DNA of 64,000 nt. Origin: an uncultured virus (IMG/VR IMGVR_UViG_3300030330_005363) (lineage: Duplodnaviria > Heunggongvirae > Uroviricota > Caudoviricetes > Crassvirales). Under the pieces are notes generated by a model. That model searched no databases. It was given only the letters and a program-made list of their open reading frames with translations, and was not told the origin of the DNA. Positions 9,272 through 19,605 of the stretch are shown here, piece by piece. Location of the stretch: the IMG/VR virus record IMGVR_UViG_3300030330_005363, positions 1 through 64,000 of that record; one strand, written 5' to 3'. A program made the translations under genes and the position numbers. Position 1 is the stretch's first letter. Every line of letters starts with the position of its first letter.

Positions 9272-9281
9272 TATTTACGTT

Positions 9282-9512
9282 ATGCCTAAAATGACAAGTT
9301 ATAAAGACAAAGAAGCTGCTATGGATGACTATTCTCATGAGAGAAAGTTACGTATAGATGGTAGATACCAAATGGAACATGGCTGTAAAGAGTGTGGTGA
9401 AGACGACTTCGATCATGCTCATGCTTTAAAAGAAGATGCCCATTATGATCATATGAATAGAAAATCTAGACATCCTATTCTAAAACATATGCATCGTTTA
9501 AATAAAAGGTAA
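9282..9512 (+). CDS. His/Asp-rich hypothetical protein
   Basis: ORF; HPILKHM motif near C-terminus. Confidence 0.7.
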   Translation: MPKMTSYKDKEAAMDDYSHERKLRIDGRYQMEHGCKECGEDDFDHAHALKEDAHYDHMNRKSRHPILKHMHRLNKR

Positions 9513-9637
9513 TGGCTAAGAAACTTACTAAGTGCTGGCCTGGTTACGTTGCTAGAGGAAAAAAGAAATCACCTAGTGGAAAAAGGACTAAAAGTGGTAG
9601 AATAAAAATGGTCAATAATTGCGTAAAAAAGAAATAA
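9512..9637 (+). CDS. Small basic protein with CWxGY...NCV motif (41 aa)
   Basis: Read manually: MAKKLTKCWPGYVARGKKKSPSGKRTKSGRIKMVNNCVKKK; TAATG-coupled on both sides. Confidence 0.7.
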   Translation: MAKKLTKCWPGYVARGKKKSPSGKRTKSGRIKMVNNCVKKK

Positions 9638-9918
9638 TGTCTAGTGTTAATTCTAAATACGAAGCTCGTAATAAAAAAATGCGAGCTAAACACACTAAGG
9701 AAACTGGTAGAGTTTTAGGTAAACGACAACTTAGTGGAAAAGGTAGTCGTAGAATTTCTTTTGCTTGTAGGTTTGGTGGTATGGCTGGCGGTATGACTAA
9801 AAAAAATGGAGAACCGAGTAATCTAGCTATGGCATTAAAAAAATGGGGTTTTAGTAGTAAAGAAGAAGCACGAGCATTTTGTAATAGAAATAAAAAGAAA
9901 AAAAAGAAAAAGAAATAA
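9637..9918 (+). CDS. Small basic protein (start MSSVNSKY; DUF6321-like)
   Basis: RRISFACRFGGM...ALKKWG motif; poly-Lys tail. Confidence 0.7.
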   Translation: MSSVNSKYEARNKKMRAKHTKETGRVLGKRQLSGKGSRRISFACRFGGMAGGMTKKNGEPSNLAMALKKWGFSSKEEARAFCNRNKKKKKKKK

Positions 9919-10205
9919 TGGCTGAATTAACTGAAAAACAAAGAGAAGCTAGAGAGAAACCAGGAGGATCAAATGTTGGAGATTATCCAAACGTTAAATC
10001 TTCGGATTTTTGTGGACCTTCAGGAGGAGCTCCAGAAGGAAGTTATCCTGTAAACACACCTAAAAGAGCAAAGTCTGCTCTTAAGCTAGCACACAACGCA
10101 CCTAATCCTGAAGGTATCAGACAATGTGTATTAAAAAAATATCCACATTTAGATAAAAAAGCAGATAGGTATGAAAGAAAAGCAAATAAAAAATCAAGCA
10201 GATAA
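9918..10205 (+). CDS. Small basic hypothetical protein
   Basis: FCGPSGG...YPVNTPKRAKSAL; TAATG-coupled. Confidence 0.75.
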   Translation: MAELTEKQREAREKPGGSNVGDYPNVKSSDFCGPSGGAPEGSYPVNTPKRAKSALKLAHNAPNPEGIRQCVLKKYPHLDKKADRYERKANKKSSR

Positions 10206-10360
10206 TGGAAACTATTAAAGATATTGTAAACCATCCACTTTCAAAAACAGTGGTTTGTGGAGTAATTGGAGCTTTATTGTTAGCTCATGCTCATGCTTTA
10301 TATGCAGGTATTGCATTTGGAGTAGGATTAAGAGAATTTCTTTTAGCTTTAAAAAAATAA
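10205..10360 (+). CDS. Small membrane protein (51 aa)
   Basis: Read manually: METIKDIVNHPLSKTVVCGVIGALLLAHAHALYAGIAFGVGLREFLLALKK. Confidence 0.7.
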   Translation: METIKDIVNHPLSKTVVCGVIGALLLAHAHALYAGIAFGVGLREFLLALKK

Positions 10361-10375
10361 AATATAAACAATATA

Positions 10376-10561
10376 ATGGAATCAAATAAATCAAAAGGAT
10401 TGGGAGATACAATCGAAAAAATTACAACTGCTACAGGTATAAAAAAAGTAGTTGACAAAGTAAGTGAAGTTACTAAAAAACCTTGTGGCTGTAAAAAAAG
10501 AAAAGAAAAATTAAATAAATTATTTCCTTACAATAATGGAGAAGGACAAGAAAAAACGTAA
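10376..10561 (+). CDS. Small conserved phage protein
   Basis: KGLGDTIEKIT..TGIKKVV...CGCKKRKEKLN pattern. Confidence 0.8.
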   Translation: MESNKSKGLGDTIEKITTATGIKKVVDKVSEVTKKPCGCKKRKEKLNKLFPYNNGEGQEKT

Positions 10562-10997
10562 AAAATTTAAAGAAACCAAGGTAGGAATATTTTTAAGAGA
10601 AAAAGCTCCTAAGATATTGGACACTGTAGGTGAATTTCTTCCGGATCAAGGAGGTTTAGGTATTGTAAAAAATCTTATATCAAGTGATGATACTATAGAG
10701 CCTAAAGACAAAGAAATGGCTTTAAAGTTGTTAGATCAAGATATAGCGGAAATGAATAATATTTCTAGTAGATGGTCTAGTGATATGACATCAGATTCGT
10801 GGTTAAGTAAAAACACTCGTCCTTTAACTTTAATTTATTTAACTTTATGTATGACTATATTTATAGTCTTAGATTCAACTGTTATATTAGAAATAAATAA
10901 TGGTTGGGTTTCTTTATTAGAAGCCTTACTTATAACAGTATATGTAGCTTACTTTGGAAGTAGAGGTGCTGAAAAAATTCAAAAAATAAGAAAATAA
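10536..10997 (+). CDS. Holin-like membrane protein (GTA 3TM-holin-like)
   Basis: DSWLSKNTRP, two TM segments, AYFGSRGAEK. Confidence 0.7.
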   Translation: MEKDKKKRKKFKETKVGIFLREKAPKILDTVGEFLPDQGGLGIVKNLISSDDTIEPKDKEMALKLLDQDIAEMNNISSRWSSDMTSDSWLSKNTRPLTLIYLTLCMTIFIVLDSTVILEINNGWVSLLEALLITVYVAYFGSRGAEKIQKIRK

Positions 10998-11004
10998 AAA
11001 AATT

Positions 11005-11712
11005 ATGAGTGTAATAGGTACAACATATAAACAACCTAGAGTATTTGCACACGATGCTACCGCGTTAGAAGATCTATGTGGTGCTACTGGTGTTATTACT
11101 GCTTTAGTAGCCGCTCCACCTTCAGAAGTAGGAAGTGGATATACTGCAGGAGATACGTATCCTGTAAGTACACCAGGTGGCGGTATAAACGCTACAGTTG
11201 AAGTATTAACAGTTACAGATCCAGGTGTAGGAGATGTAGCTACTTTTAGTTTAACTACTGGTGGAGAGCACTACGAAGTAGGAGATGTATTAACATTAGT
11301 AGGAGGAGATAATAATTGTAGAATAATAGTAGCCGCAGTAAGTGCTTGTACTACTTGGACTAATGGAGATCCTTTGGTTCCAACTAGTTCTACTTTTAAT
11401 AGTGTAAATTATACTTTTGAAAAAGAAAATTATTATTGGAATGACGGTTCAGGTGTTCATTCTGGTAGAGCTTGTGCAGCTTTGTACATAGGAGCTGATA
11501 TGGCGACACTAGAGGTTATACAAGAAGGTAAAGCAATACAAGGCGCACCAACAGCTCCTACAGCTGCAGATACGCCTTCTACCACATACCATAATGTTCC
11601 AGCTGGATCATTTCTACCTATTTCTGTAGTTACAGTATTATCTGCTACTGCCACGACACCAGCTGATTTACCGTCAGGTGGAGTTAATGAAGTAATTTTA
11701 GCGTTATTTTAA
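11005..11712 (+). CDS. Structural protein with GSGY-type beta-repeat insert
   Basis: GSGYTAGDT...GGEHYEVGDVLTL repeat typical of phage tail/baseplate proteins. Confidence 0.55.
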   Translation: MSVIGTTYKQPRVFAHDATALEDLCGATGVITALVAAPPSEVGSGYTAGDTYPVSTPGGGINATVEVLTVTDPGVGDVATFSLTTGGEHYEVGDVLTLVGGDNNCRIIVAAVSACTTWTNGDPLVPTSSTFNSVNYTFEKENYYWNDGSGVHSGRACAALYIGADMATLEVIQEGKAIQGAPTAPTAADTPSTTYHNVPAGSFLPISVVTVLSATATTPADLPSGGVNEVILALF

Positions 11713-11713
11713 A

Positions 11714-11890
11714 ATGCCTTTAGTTAATAAAAACGTAAACACTATTCCTGCTTGGAAAAGGAGAAAAAAGGTTGGTAGTACACCACCTCCAAGTGGTGAT
11801 TTTATAGCTTTAGAAATTAATGTACCTTCCCTGGTCGATGTTGTAGCCTTAGAATCTGGGTTAAGTGACAAAGTAAAATTAGAAACATAA
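11714..11890 (+). CDS. Small hypothetical protein (58 aa)
   Basis: Read manually (MPLVNKNVNTIPAW...); fills the gap between two + genes. Confidence 0.65.
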   Translation: MPLVNKNVNTIPAWKRRKKVGSTPPPSGDFIALEINVPSLVDVVALESGLSDKVKLET

Positions 11891-11902
11891 AAAAAATAAA
11901 AC

Positions 11903-13654
11903 ATGCCTAATCAAAAAATAAGCGGCTTTGACGATTTATCAGCAGCTGGAATTACCCTAAGTGATGTAGTAGGTGTTGCAGCATACTATGACAATGGAGG
12001 AACTTTAACTAATGTTAGGTTTTCAGGTAATGATATAATAAATACTGTAGGTGGGTTGCCAGGCGTATTAGCGGTCAATGACACTGCTACAGCAGGTCAA
12101 GAAATAAAAATATTAGATTTTGCAGGGTTTAATCCAATAACTTTTAAAGCTACGGGTATAGAATCTAGTCCTTTAACACAGATGAACATAACTGGTAAAG
12201 GTAATTTATATGTAGAAACTACTAGTTCTAATACTGGTATATTTATTCAAACTCAAAGTAATGCTACTGGAACAGGCGGTATTCTTATAAGTAATAGACA
12301 AACGAATGGAGAGCTAGAGTTAGATACTGATGGAGAACTAAAAATAACATTGCCTTCAGCTCCTTCAGTGGGAGATGTGTTATCTGCTAAAAATGCAAGT
12401 GGTGATGTAGAATGGGTGACTCCTAGTACTGGAGGTGCTTCTGCTTTTACTACTTTAACAGCTGCTGATGTTATAGACTGGGATTACGCTACAGACGGAC
12501 CTAATATAAAAGTAACATTAGGTGCTGGATTAGAAAATGTACTTACAGTAAATACTATAGGAGAATTTCCAGATGGATCAGAAGGATGGGTGATTTTAGA
12601 TCCAAGTGCATCAGTTGATTATAGATTACCAGATGAAGATGAAGGTAGCGCAGCTACAATGCAGAGTGTTATAACAAATGGTGATGTTAGTTTAGGAGGT
12701 ACTAATCCTGTATTATTTCATTATACATATGATGGATCTACTTTTTATTGGACTAAGTTTGAAAACATGATTGCGCCAGCAAATTATCCTCCATCAATAG
12801 ATTACGATGGATCTGATTTGTTAATATATGTTACTCCCGAAGCTTTTAACCAGGCTACACAGGGACAAATTGCAGGAAGTGCTGTGTTTGACAATCTTAT
12901 ACAACCTAGTACTTTTGGAGACATGAGAGGACCAATAAGTCCTGGTTCTGGTTTTGAGTTTTATCCTCGAGACAATGCAACGTATGGAGCAGCATTTTGG
13001 AGCATGGGTACTGGAACTGTTGGTATTTTTAGAGATACAGATTTATCTCTTGTGAACTCTTTAAGTAATAACATATCTTGGCAAGGTTACATTCAAGGTC
13101 CTTACAGCTCTGGTGCTTTTGAAACTTTAGTTGATTTTGATGGAGCTACAAACACAGGATCATATAACCAACATTTATATCTTTCAAGCAAAAGATTTAG
13201 AGTATACAATCCTAGCACTTTTTATAACTTTCCTGAACTAGAGGATTATAGTGGTGATGGTGGAGCTAATTTAGAGGACGAATGGTTGTTTGTAAGTTTT
13301 AGTATTACTGCAGGAGCTACAGGAACAGCAACACTAAGAGTAGCGTGTCAATCCTCATTAGACGCAGCAGTAGCAGCAGGAGGAGCAACAGCTTGGAATT
13401 ATAATGGTACAGGAGCATCAAGTGGGCTAGGACCACTAACAGTAAATGTAGATGCTAATGGTATATATGAAGAAGTAGTTACAGATAACTTTGATGAAGC
13501 TGATATAGTAAATATACTTATAGGTGTTAATAATATTGGAGGTGAATATGGAAACTTCCATTATGGTTTATTTGGTGTGTATAATAAAGATATAAACCTA
13601 GCGGATACTACGCAAAACTGGATAGATACTAGAGAAATATACGGTATAACATAA
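11903..13654 (+). CDS. Tail fibre/receptor-binding protein, possible LamG-like C-terminus
   Basis: N-terminal KISGF, GDVLSAKNASGDVEW fibre motif, beta-rich C-terminal domain. Confidence 0.65.
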   Translation: MPNQKISGFDDLSAAGITLSDVVGVAAYYDNGGTLTNVRFSGNDIINTVGGLPGVLAVNDTATAGQEIKILDFAGFNPITFKATGIESSPLTQMNITGKGNLYVETTSSNTGIFIQTQSNATGTGGILISNRQTNGELELDTDGELKITLPSAPSVGDVLSAKNASGDVEWVTPSTGGASAFTTLTAADVIDWDYATDGPNIKVTLGAGLENVLTVNTIGEFPDGSEGWVILDPSASVDYRLPDEDEGSAATMQSVITNGDVSLGGTNPVLFHYTYDGSTFYWTKFENMIAPANYPPSIDYDGSDLLIYVTPEAFNQATQGQIAGSAVFDNLIQPSTFGDMRGPISPGSGFEFYPRDNATYGAAFWSMGTGTVGIFRDTDLSLVNSLSNNISWQGYIQGPYSSGAFETLVDFDGATNTGSYNQHLYLSSKRFRVYNPSTFYNFPELEDYSGDGGANLEDEWLFVSFSITAGATGTATLRVACQSSLDAAVAAGGATAWNYNGTGASSGLGPLTVNVDANGIYEEVVTDNFDEADIVNILIGVNNIGGEYGNFHYGLFGVYNKDINLADTTQNWIDTREIYGIT

Positions 13655-13676
13655 ATAATAATTAAAATTTAATTAA

Positions 13677-13937
13677 ATGAAAAAAATAAAAGAAGAACAA
13701 TTAAAAATAATTCAAGAACAACAAAAAGATTTAAATACTCTTTTTAATAACGTAGGATATTTAGAAACTCAAAAACATAATTTACTTCATCAAATAAGTA
13801 CATTAAGTCAAGAAGTAGATAAATACAAAATAGACTTAGAAAAAGAATATGGTAGTGTAAATATCAACGTGGAAACAGGAGAGTATACTGAAATTGAAAA
13901 ACAAGAATCAAATTTAAAAGTAGTAGAAAATGCTTAA
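13677..13937 (+). CDS. Coiled-coil hypothetical protein
   Basis: Heptad-rich, ends YGSVNINVETGEY. Confidence 0.75.
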   Translation: MKKIKEEQLKIIQEQQKDLNTLFNNVGYLETQKHNLLHQISTLSQEVDKYKIDLEKEYGSVNINVETGEYTEIEKQESNLKVVENA

Positions 13938-14163
13938 TAAAATAAGAAAAATAAGTATTGGATCTGACTATAAGAATGAAGCAATGCATTACTCCGTAGG
14001 TCAATCAGTCTACGGAGGTCATATTATTTGTGATATAATAGGAGATAGCAAAGATGGAGAGTACTTGATTTACATAAAAAAGAATGATGAAGTGTTACCA
14101 TGGAAAAAGTTTAATTCTAATATGGCTATTGCAGTTGAATTTGATTTAGAATACAGTGAATAG
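13930..14163 (+). CDS. Hypothetical protein
   Basis: ORF coupled to neighbours. Confidence 0.75.
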   Translation: MLNKIRKISIGSDYKNEAMHYSVGQSVYGGHIICDIIGDSKDGEYLIYIKKNDEVLPWKKFNSNMAIAVEFDLEYSE

Positions 14164-14863
14164 TATATATGATTTTATTATACGGCCAGTTGATAAAAGG
14201 TATAACAATACTAAAACAGTCAATAATAAAAAATTAATACTTAATACAAGTATAGAAAATTTTAAAGCTATTAGTACAGAAGCCATTGTCGTAGCAATTC
14301 CTTTAGCTTATAATCAACCTGTCAAAGTAGGAGATAAAGTAATCATACACCATAATGTGTTTAGAAGATGGTATGATATGAAAGGAAAAGAAAAAAATAG
14401 TAGATCGTATTTTAAAGAAGATTTATATTTCTGTTCTATTGATCAAATATATTTATATAAACAAAACAACTGGAAACCCTTTGGAGATAGATGTTTCGTT
14501 ATACCAACTAAGAACAAAGATACCTTATCAAATCAAAAAACTCAAAAACAAGAAGGTATAGTTAAATATTGTAATAAAGAATTAAACGATTTAGGTATAT
14601 TCCAAAATGATTTAATTTCATTTAAACCAGAAAGAGAGTTTGAGTTTGTTATTGATAATGAATTATTATATTGTATGAAATCTAAAGATATCGTTGTTAA
14701 ACATGAACGTAAAGGAAACGAAGAAAAATATAATCCAAGCTGGACAACTAGCAGTGAAGGAATTAATAAAAGTAGCGAAGGAGCCGATTGTAGACACAGG
14801 GGAGGATGTAACTGCGGACCGACTCAAGAACGCAGCTGCCACCAAGAAACTAGCTATATTTGA
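14156..14863 (+). CDS. Tandem GroES-like protein
   Basis: Two GroES-like halves (FIIRP...AIVVAIP...VKVGDKVII; KPFGDRCFVIP...GIVKY...MKSKDIVV); GTG start. Confidence 0.55.
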   Translation: MNSIYDFIIRPVDKRYNNTKTVNNKKLILNTSIENFKAISTEAIVVAIPLAYNQPVKVGDKVIIHHNVFRRWYDMKGKEKNSRSYFKEDLYFCSIDQIYLYKQNNWKPFGDRCFVIPTKNKDTLSNQKTQKQEGIVKYCNKELNDLGIFQNDLISFKPEREFEFVIDNELLYCMKSKDIVVKHERKGNEEKYNPSWTTSSEGINKSSEGADCRHRGGCNCGPTQERSCHQETSYI

Positions 14864-14978
14864 TGCATTTGAAATATTACAAAGAATTCAAGAAGAAGAA
14901 GAAGTATTAAATGATAAGCCTAAAAAAATAGAAGAAGTAAAAACTTTTAGAGGGTTTGCAGAAAAAAGAAGCAAATGA
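14703..14978 (+). CDS. Putative terminase small subunit
   Basis: Small helical protein ATGA-coupled to terL. Confidence 0.5.
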   Translation: MNVKETKKNIIQAGQLAVKELIKVAKEPIVDTGEDVTADRLKNAAATKKLAIFDAFEILQRIQEEEEVLNDKPKKIEEVKTFRGFAEKRSK

Positions 14979-17206
14979 CTTATCAACAGACACTTTGGAA
15001 AGAAGTAAAAGATGTAATAAATCCTAAAATTTTATCTAAACAAAATAGGTTAAAAAAATGGAAATATGGTTACAATCATGATTATGATTTTATTTGTATA
15101 AGTAAAACTGGAAAAATTGGACAGGTCATTGAAATACAAAATCTCAGGATTGCTTTACCAGCAGAACATGAACCGTATAAACGAAGCAAAGATAAAGAGG
15201 AACAATACTGGGAGCAATTTGAATATCCAAAAGAACTCAAAAAAATAAAAAATAGATTTGATTGGGAAAAATACCCAATTGATTTTAGAGAAAAATGGTG
15301 GGATTATATAGATGAAGAATTTAGACGTAGAGACGAAGGCTATTGGTTTTATAATAACGGTACTCCTACTTATATCACTGGTACTCATTACATGTACTTG
15401 CAATGGTCAAAGATCGACGTCGGAGCTCCTGATTATAGAGAAGCCAATAGATTATTCTTTATTTTTTGGGAAGCATGTAAAGCCGATACAAGATCCTATG
15501 GAATGTGTTACCTTAAAAACAGAAGATCCGGTTTTTCCTTTATGTGTTCAGCTGAACTTGTTAATCAAGCAACCATATCATCCGACAGCAGGTACGGGAT
15601 TTTATCTAAGACTGGTGCAGATGCTAAAAAAATGTTCACAGATAAAGTTGTACCAATCTCAATTAACTATCCGTTTTTCTTCAAACCAATCCAAGATGGT
15701 ATGGATCGCCCTAAAACCGAACTGGCATATAGGGTTCCGGCATCTAAACTTACACGTAGAAAGCTGGAGATCAATGAAGAACTTAGAGAATTAGAAGGTT
15801 TAGATACAACTATAGATTGGAAAAATACTGGAGATAATAGTTATGATGGTGAAAAATTAAAATTATTAGGTCACGATGAAAGTGGTAAATGGGAAAGACC
15901 TGATAATATTAAAAATAACTGGAAAGTAACTAAAACTTGTTTAAGACTAGGTAGTAGAATTATTGGCAAATGTATGATGGGTTCTACTTCCAACGCGTTG
16001 GATAAGGGTGGTCAAAATTTTAAAGATATTTATACAGGTTCTAATTGTTTAGAAAGAAATAGAAATGGTCAAACTAAAGAAGGTTTATACTCTTTATTTA
16101 TTCCTATGGAATGGAACTATGAAGGTTTTATAGATAGATATGGTTACCCTGTTTTTGATACACCGAAAAAACCAGTGGAAGGTATTGACGGAAACTATAT
16201 TAGTATTGGAGTAATAGAACATTGGGAGAATGAAGTTGATGGATTAAAGAATGATCAAGATGCTTTAAACGAATACTACCGACAGTTTCCAAGAACCGAA
16301 AAACATGCGTTTAGAGATGAAACTAAAGAATCTTTATTTAATCTTATTAAAATATATGAACAAGTAGATTACAATGAAGATTTAAACAACCTTGCAAATG
16401 TTACTCAAGGAAGTTTTATGTGGGAAAATGGAGTAAGAGATACTCAAGTAATTTTTATGCCTAACAAGAATGGTAGATTTTTTGTTTCATGGATACCACC
16501 TAAACATCTTCAAAATCAAGTGATTATTAAAAATGGAGGAAAGTTTCCTGCTAACGATTATTTAGGAGCGTTTGGATGTGATAGTTACGACATATCTGGA
16601 ACTGTAGATGGAAGAGGTTCTAATGGATCTTTACACGGCTTAACTAAATTTAGTTTAGAAGATTCACCACCTCACCAATTTTTTTTAGAATATATAGCTA
16701 GACCGCAAACAGCAGAAATGTTTTTTGAAGATGTATTAATGGCTATTCATTTTTATGGAATGCCTATATTAGCAGAAAATAATAAACCTAGATTATTATA
16801 TTATTTAAAAAGAAGAGGATATAGACAATTTAGTATGAATAGACCTGATAAAGTTTGGAACAAACTGTCTGTAACAGAGAAAGAAATAGGAGGTATACCT
16901 AATTCTAGTGAAGATATGAAACAAGCTCACGCTGCAGCAATTGAGAGTTACATAGAAGATTATGTAGGTTTAAATCCTGATGGTGAATGTGGAGATATGT
17001 ATTTTCAAAGAACATTAGAAGATTGGGCAAAATTTAATATAAATAATAGGACTAAACACGATGCGTCTATAAGTTCAGGGTTAGCTATTATGGCTTGTAA
17101 TAGAAATAAATATAGACCTATAGCTAAAAGAGAATTAAAAAGTATGTATTTAGGAATAAAAAAATATAACAACGAAGGATTAAATTCTAAAATAATTAAT
17201 AAATGA
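14975..17206 (+). CDS. terL: Terminase large subunit
   Basis: Walker A LKNRRSGFS, Walker B LLGHDESGK, nuclease acidic motifs GCDSYD, AENN and HD. Confidence 0.92.
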   Translation: MTYQQTLWKEVKDVINPKILSKQNRLKKWKYGYNHDYDFICISKTGKIGQVIEIQNLRIALPAEHEPYKRSKDKEEQYWEQFEYPKELKKIKNRFDWEKYPIDFREKWWDYIDEEFRRRDEGYWFYNNGTPTYITGTHYMYLQWSKIDVGAPDYREANRLFFIFWEACKADTRSYGMCYLKNRRSGFSFMCSAELVNQATISSDSRYGILSKTGADAKKMFTDKVVPISINYPFFFKPIQDGMDRPKTELAYRVPASKLTRRKLEINEELRELEGLDTTIDWKNTGDNSYDGEKLKLLGHDESGKWERPDNIKNNWKVTKTCLRLGSRIIGKCMMGSTSNALDKGGQNFKDIYTGSNCLERNRNGQTKEGLYSLFIPMEWNYEGFIDRYGYPVFDTPKKPVEGIDGNYISIGVIEHWENEVDGLKNDQDALNEYYRQFPRTEKHAFRDETKESLFNLIKIYEQVDYNEDLNNLANVTQGSFMWENGVRDTQVIFMPNKNGRFFVSWIPPKHLQNQVIIKNGGKFPANDYLGAFGCDSYDISGTVDGRGSNGSLHGLTKFSLEDSPPHQFFLEYIARPQTAEMFFEDVLMAIHFYGMPILAENNKPRLLYYLKRRGYRQFSMNRPDKVWNKLSVTEKEIGGIPNSSEDMKQAHAAAIESYIEDYVGLNPDGECGDMYFQRTLEDWAKFNINNRTKHDASISSGLAIMACNRNKYRPIAKRELKSMYLGIKKYNNEGLNSKIINK

Positions 17207-19593
17207 TTTATACAAATACTAGAAGTTCGTTTCCCGATCAGGTAGTACCTGAAGCTGAGAAAATGAGTTTAGAATATGGTCTTCGAGTAGCACAAGCAAT
17301 TGAAGGAGAATGGTGGAGTCAAGCTTATGGAGGGTATAGATATCAAAATAATTATAATGTTTTTTTTAATAGACGTTTATATGCTAGAGCAGAACAACCA
17401 GTTCAAAAGTATAAAGATGAAATGTCTATTAATGGTGATTTAAGTTATTTAAACTTAGATTGGAAACCTGTTCCTATTATACCTAAATTTGTAGATATTG
17501 TAGTAAATGGAATGTCTAATAAATTATATGACATAAAAGCATATGCTCAAGATCCTGCATCTCAAAAAATAAGAACAGAATATGCAGAAGCTTTACATAA
17601 ACAAATAGCAACTAGGGAATATATTGATCAAGTAAAGCAAGCATTAGGAATTGATCTTAACACTATAAAAGGAGAAGGAATTCCTGAAACTGAACAAGAA
17701 TTAGAAATTCACATGCAATTAGATTACAAACAATCTATAGAAATTGCAGAGGAAGAAGCTATAACAAATGTACTAGCAAGAAATAAATATGACTTAGTAA
17801 GACGTAGAGTAAATAAAGATTTAGTTACATTAGGTATAGGTGCAGTTAAAACAAACTATAACAAGTCTAATGGTATTACAGTTGAATATGTAGATCCTGC
17901 AAATTTAGTTTGGTCTTATACTGATGATCCTAATTTTCAAGATATATATTACGTGGGAGAAGTTAAGTCATTAAGTGTGCCAGAACTTAAAAAACAATTC
18001 CCTGGTCTTACCACTGGTCAACTAGAAGAAATTCAAAAAATGCCTGGTAACACTAATTACACTCGTAATTGGGAAGGCAAAAACAACAATAACACAGTTC
18101 AAGTTTTATATTTTGAATACAAAACTTTTGCAGATCAAGTTTTTAAAATAAAACATACTGATCAAGGGTTAGAAAAAGCTTTAGAAAAAACAGATGAATT
18201 TAATCCTCCACCTAATGATAATTTTGATAGAGTTAGTAGATCTATTGAAGTTTTATATCATGGAGTAAAGATATTAGGACATCCAATAATGTTAAAATGG
18301 GAAGTAGCTGAAAACATGACAAGGCCTTTTTCTAATTTAACTAAAGTAAATATGAATTATCAACTGTGTGCTCCATCACTATATAAGGGACGTATAAATT
18401 CTCTTGTTGAAAGAATGATAGGATTTGCAGACATGATACAATTAACATCGTTAAAATTACAACAAGTTTTATCTCGTATGGTACCAGATGGAGTTTTTGT
18501 AGATGTTGATGGTTTAGCTGAAGTAGATTTAGGAAACGGTACTAATTATAATCCTCAAGAAGCTTTGAATATGTATTTTCAAACAGGTAGTATAGTTGGT
18601 AGATCAATGACGCAGGATGGTGACATGAATCCAGCTAAAGTACCTATACAAGAATTACAAACTTCAGCAGCTCAAGCTAAAATTGGATCACTTATACAAA
18701 CGTACGAATATTATCTTAAAATGATAAGAGATGTGACGGGTCTTAATGAAGCTAGAGATGCAAGTACTCCAGATCCTAATTCACTAGTAGGTTTACAAAA
18801 GTTAGCAGCTGCTCAATCAAACGTTGCTACTAGACATATTTTAGCAGCAAGTTTATTTATAACTTTAAGAGCATGTGAAAATATTTCTTTAAGAATAGCT
18901 GACACATTAGATTTTCCATTAACAAAAGAAGCTTTAGTAAACAGTGTAAGTTTATACAATACAGCAACTCTCGAAGAATTAGAAGATTTAAACTTATTTG
19001 ATTTTGGTATATATTTAGAATTAGAACCTGATGAAGAAGCTCAACAGCAACTAGAACAAAATATACAAACAGCTTTACAACAAAACAGTATTGATCTTGC
19101 TGATGCTATAGATATAAGAGAAATTAAAAATATTAAGTTAGCTAATCAATTGTTAAAGTTACGTAGAAAACAAAAACTAAAAGAAGATCAAGAAGCTCAA
19201 CAAGCTAATATTAAAGCACAAGCAGAAGCTCAAACAAAATCAAGAGAACAAGAAGCTATGTTTGAAGTACAAAAGAAACAGGCTCTTAATGCTACAAATA
19301 TTGAGTTTGAACAAGCTAAATCTCAATTTGAAATACAAAGACTTCAAGCAAAAGCAGAAATAGACAAACAATTAAAAGAATTACAATTTGCATTTGATAT
19401 GCAATTGGAAAAACAAAAAATGGGTGCAACTGTTGACAAAGAAGTCATGATAGAAGACAGAAAAGACAACAGAAGTAAACAAGAAGCAACTCAACAAAGT
19501 CAGTTAATTAGTCAAAGTCAAAATAACTCTTTGCCTACTAACTTTGAAAATCCTGAACAGGATGACATTGGGGTATTTAATCCCGTGAATTAA
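17203..19593 (+). CDS. Portal protein
   Basis: 796 aa directly after terL; long C-terminal coiled coil; podovirus/crAss-like layout. Confidence 0.85.
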   Translation: MIYTNTRSSFPDQVVPEAEKMSLEYGLRVAQAIEGEWWSQAYGGYRYQNNYNVFFNRRLYARAEQPVQKYKDEMSINGDLSYLNLDWKPVPIIPKFVDIVVNGMSNKLYDIKAYAQDPASQKIRTEYAEALHKQIATREYIDQVKQALGIDLNTIKGEGIPETEQELEIHMQLDYKQSIEIAEEEAITNVLARNKYDLVRRRVNKDLVTLGIGAVKTNYNKSNGITVEYVDPANLVWSYTDDPNFQDIYYVGEVKSLSVPELKKQFPGLTTGQLEEIQKMPGNTNYTRNWEGKNNNNTVQVLYFEYKTFADQVFKIKHTDQGLEKALEKTDEFNPPPNDNFDRVSRSIEVLYHGVKILGHPIMLKWEVAENMTRPFSNLTKVNMNYQLCAPSLYKGRINSLVERMIGFADMIQLTSLKLQQVLSRMVPDGVFVDVDGLAEVDLGNGTNYNPQEALNMYFQTGSIVGRSMTQDGDMNPAKVPIQELQTSAAQAKIGSLIQTYEYYLKMIRDVTGLNEARDASTPDPNSLVGLQKLAAAQSNVATRHILAASLFITLRACENISLRIADTLDFPLTKEALVNSVSLYNTATLEELEDLNLFDFGIYLELEPDEEAQQQLEQNIQTALQQNSIDLADAIDIREIKNIKLANQLLKLRRKQKLKEDQEAQQANIKAQAEAQTKSREQEAMFEVQKKQALNATNIEFEQAKSQFEIQRLQAKAEIDKQLKELQFAFDMQLEKQKMGATVDKEVMIEDRKDNRSKQEATQQSQLISQSQNNSLPTNFENPEQDDIGVFNPVN

Positions 19594-19605
19594 TTATATT
19601 ATATT

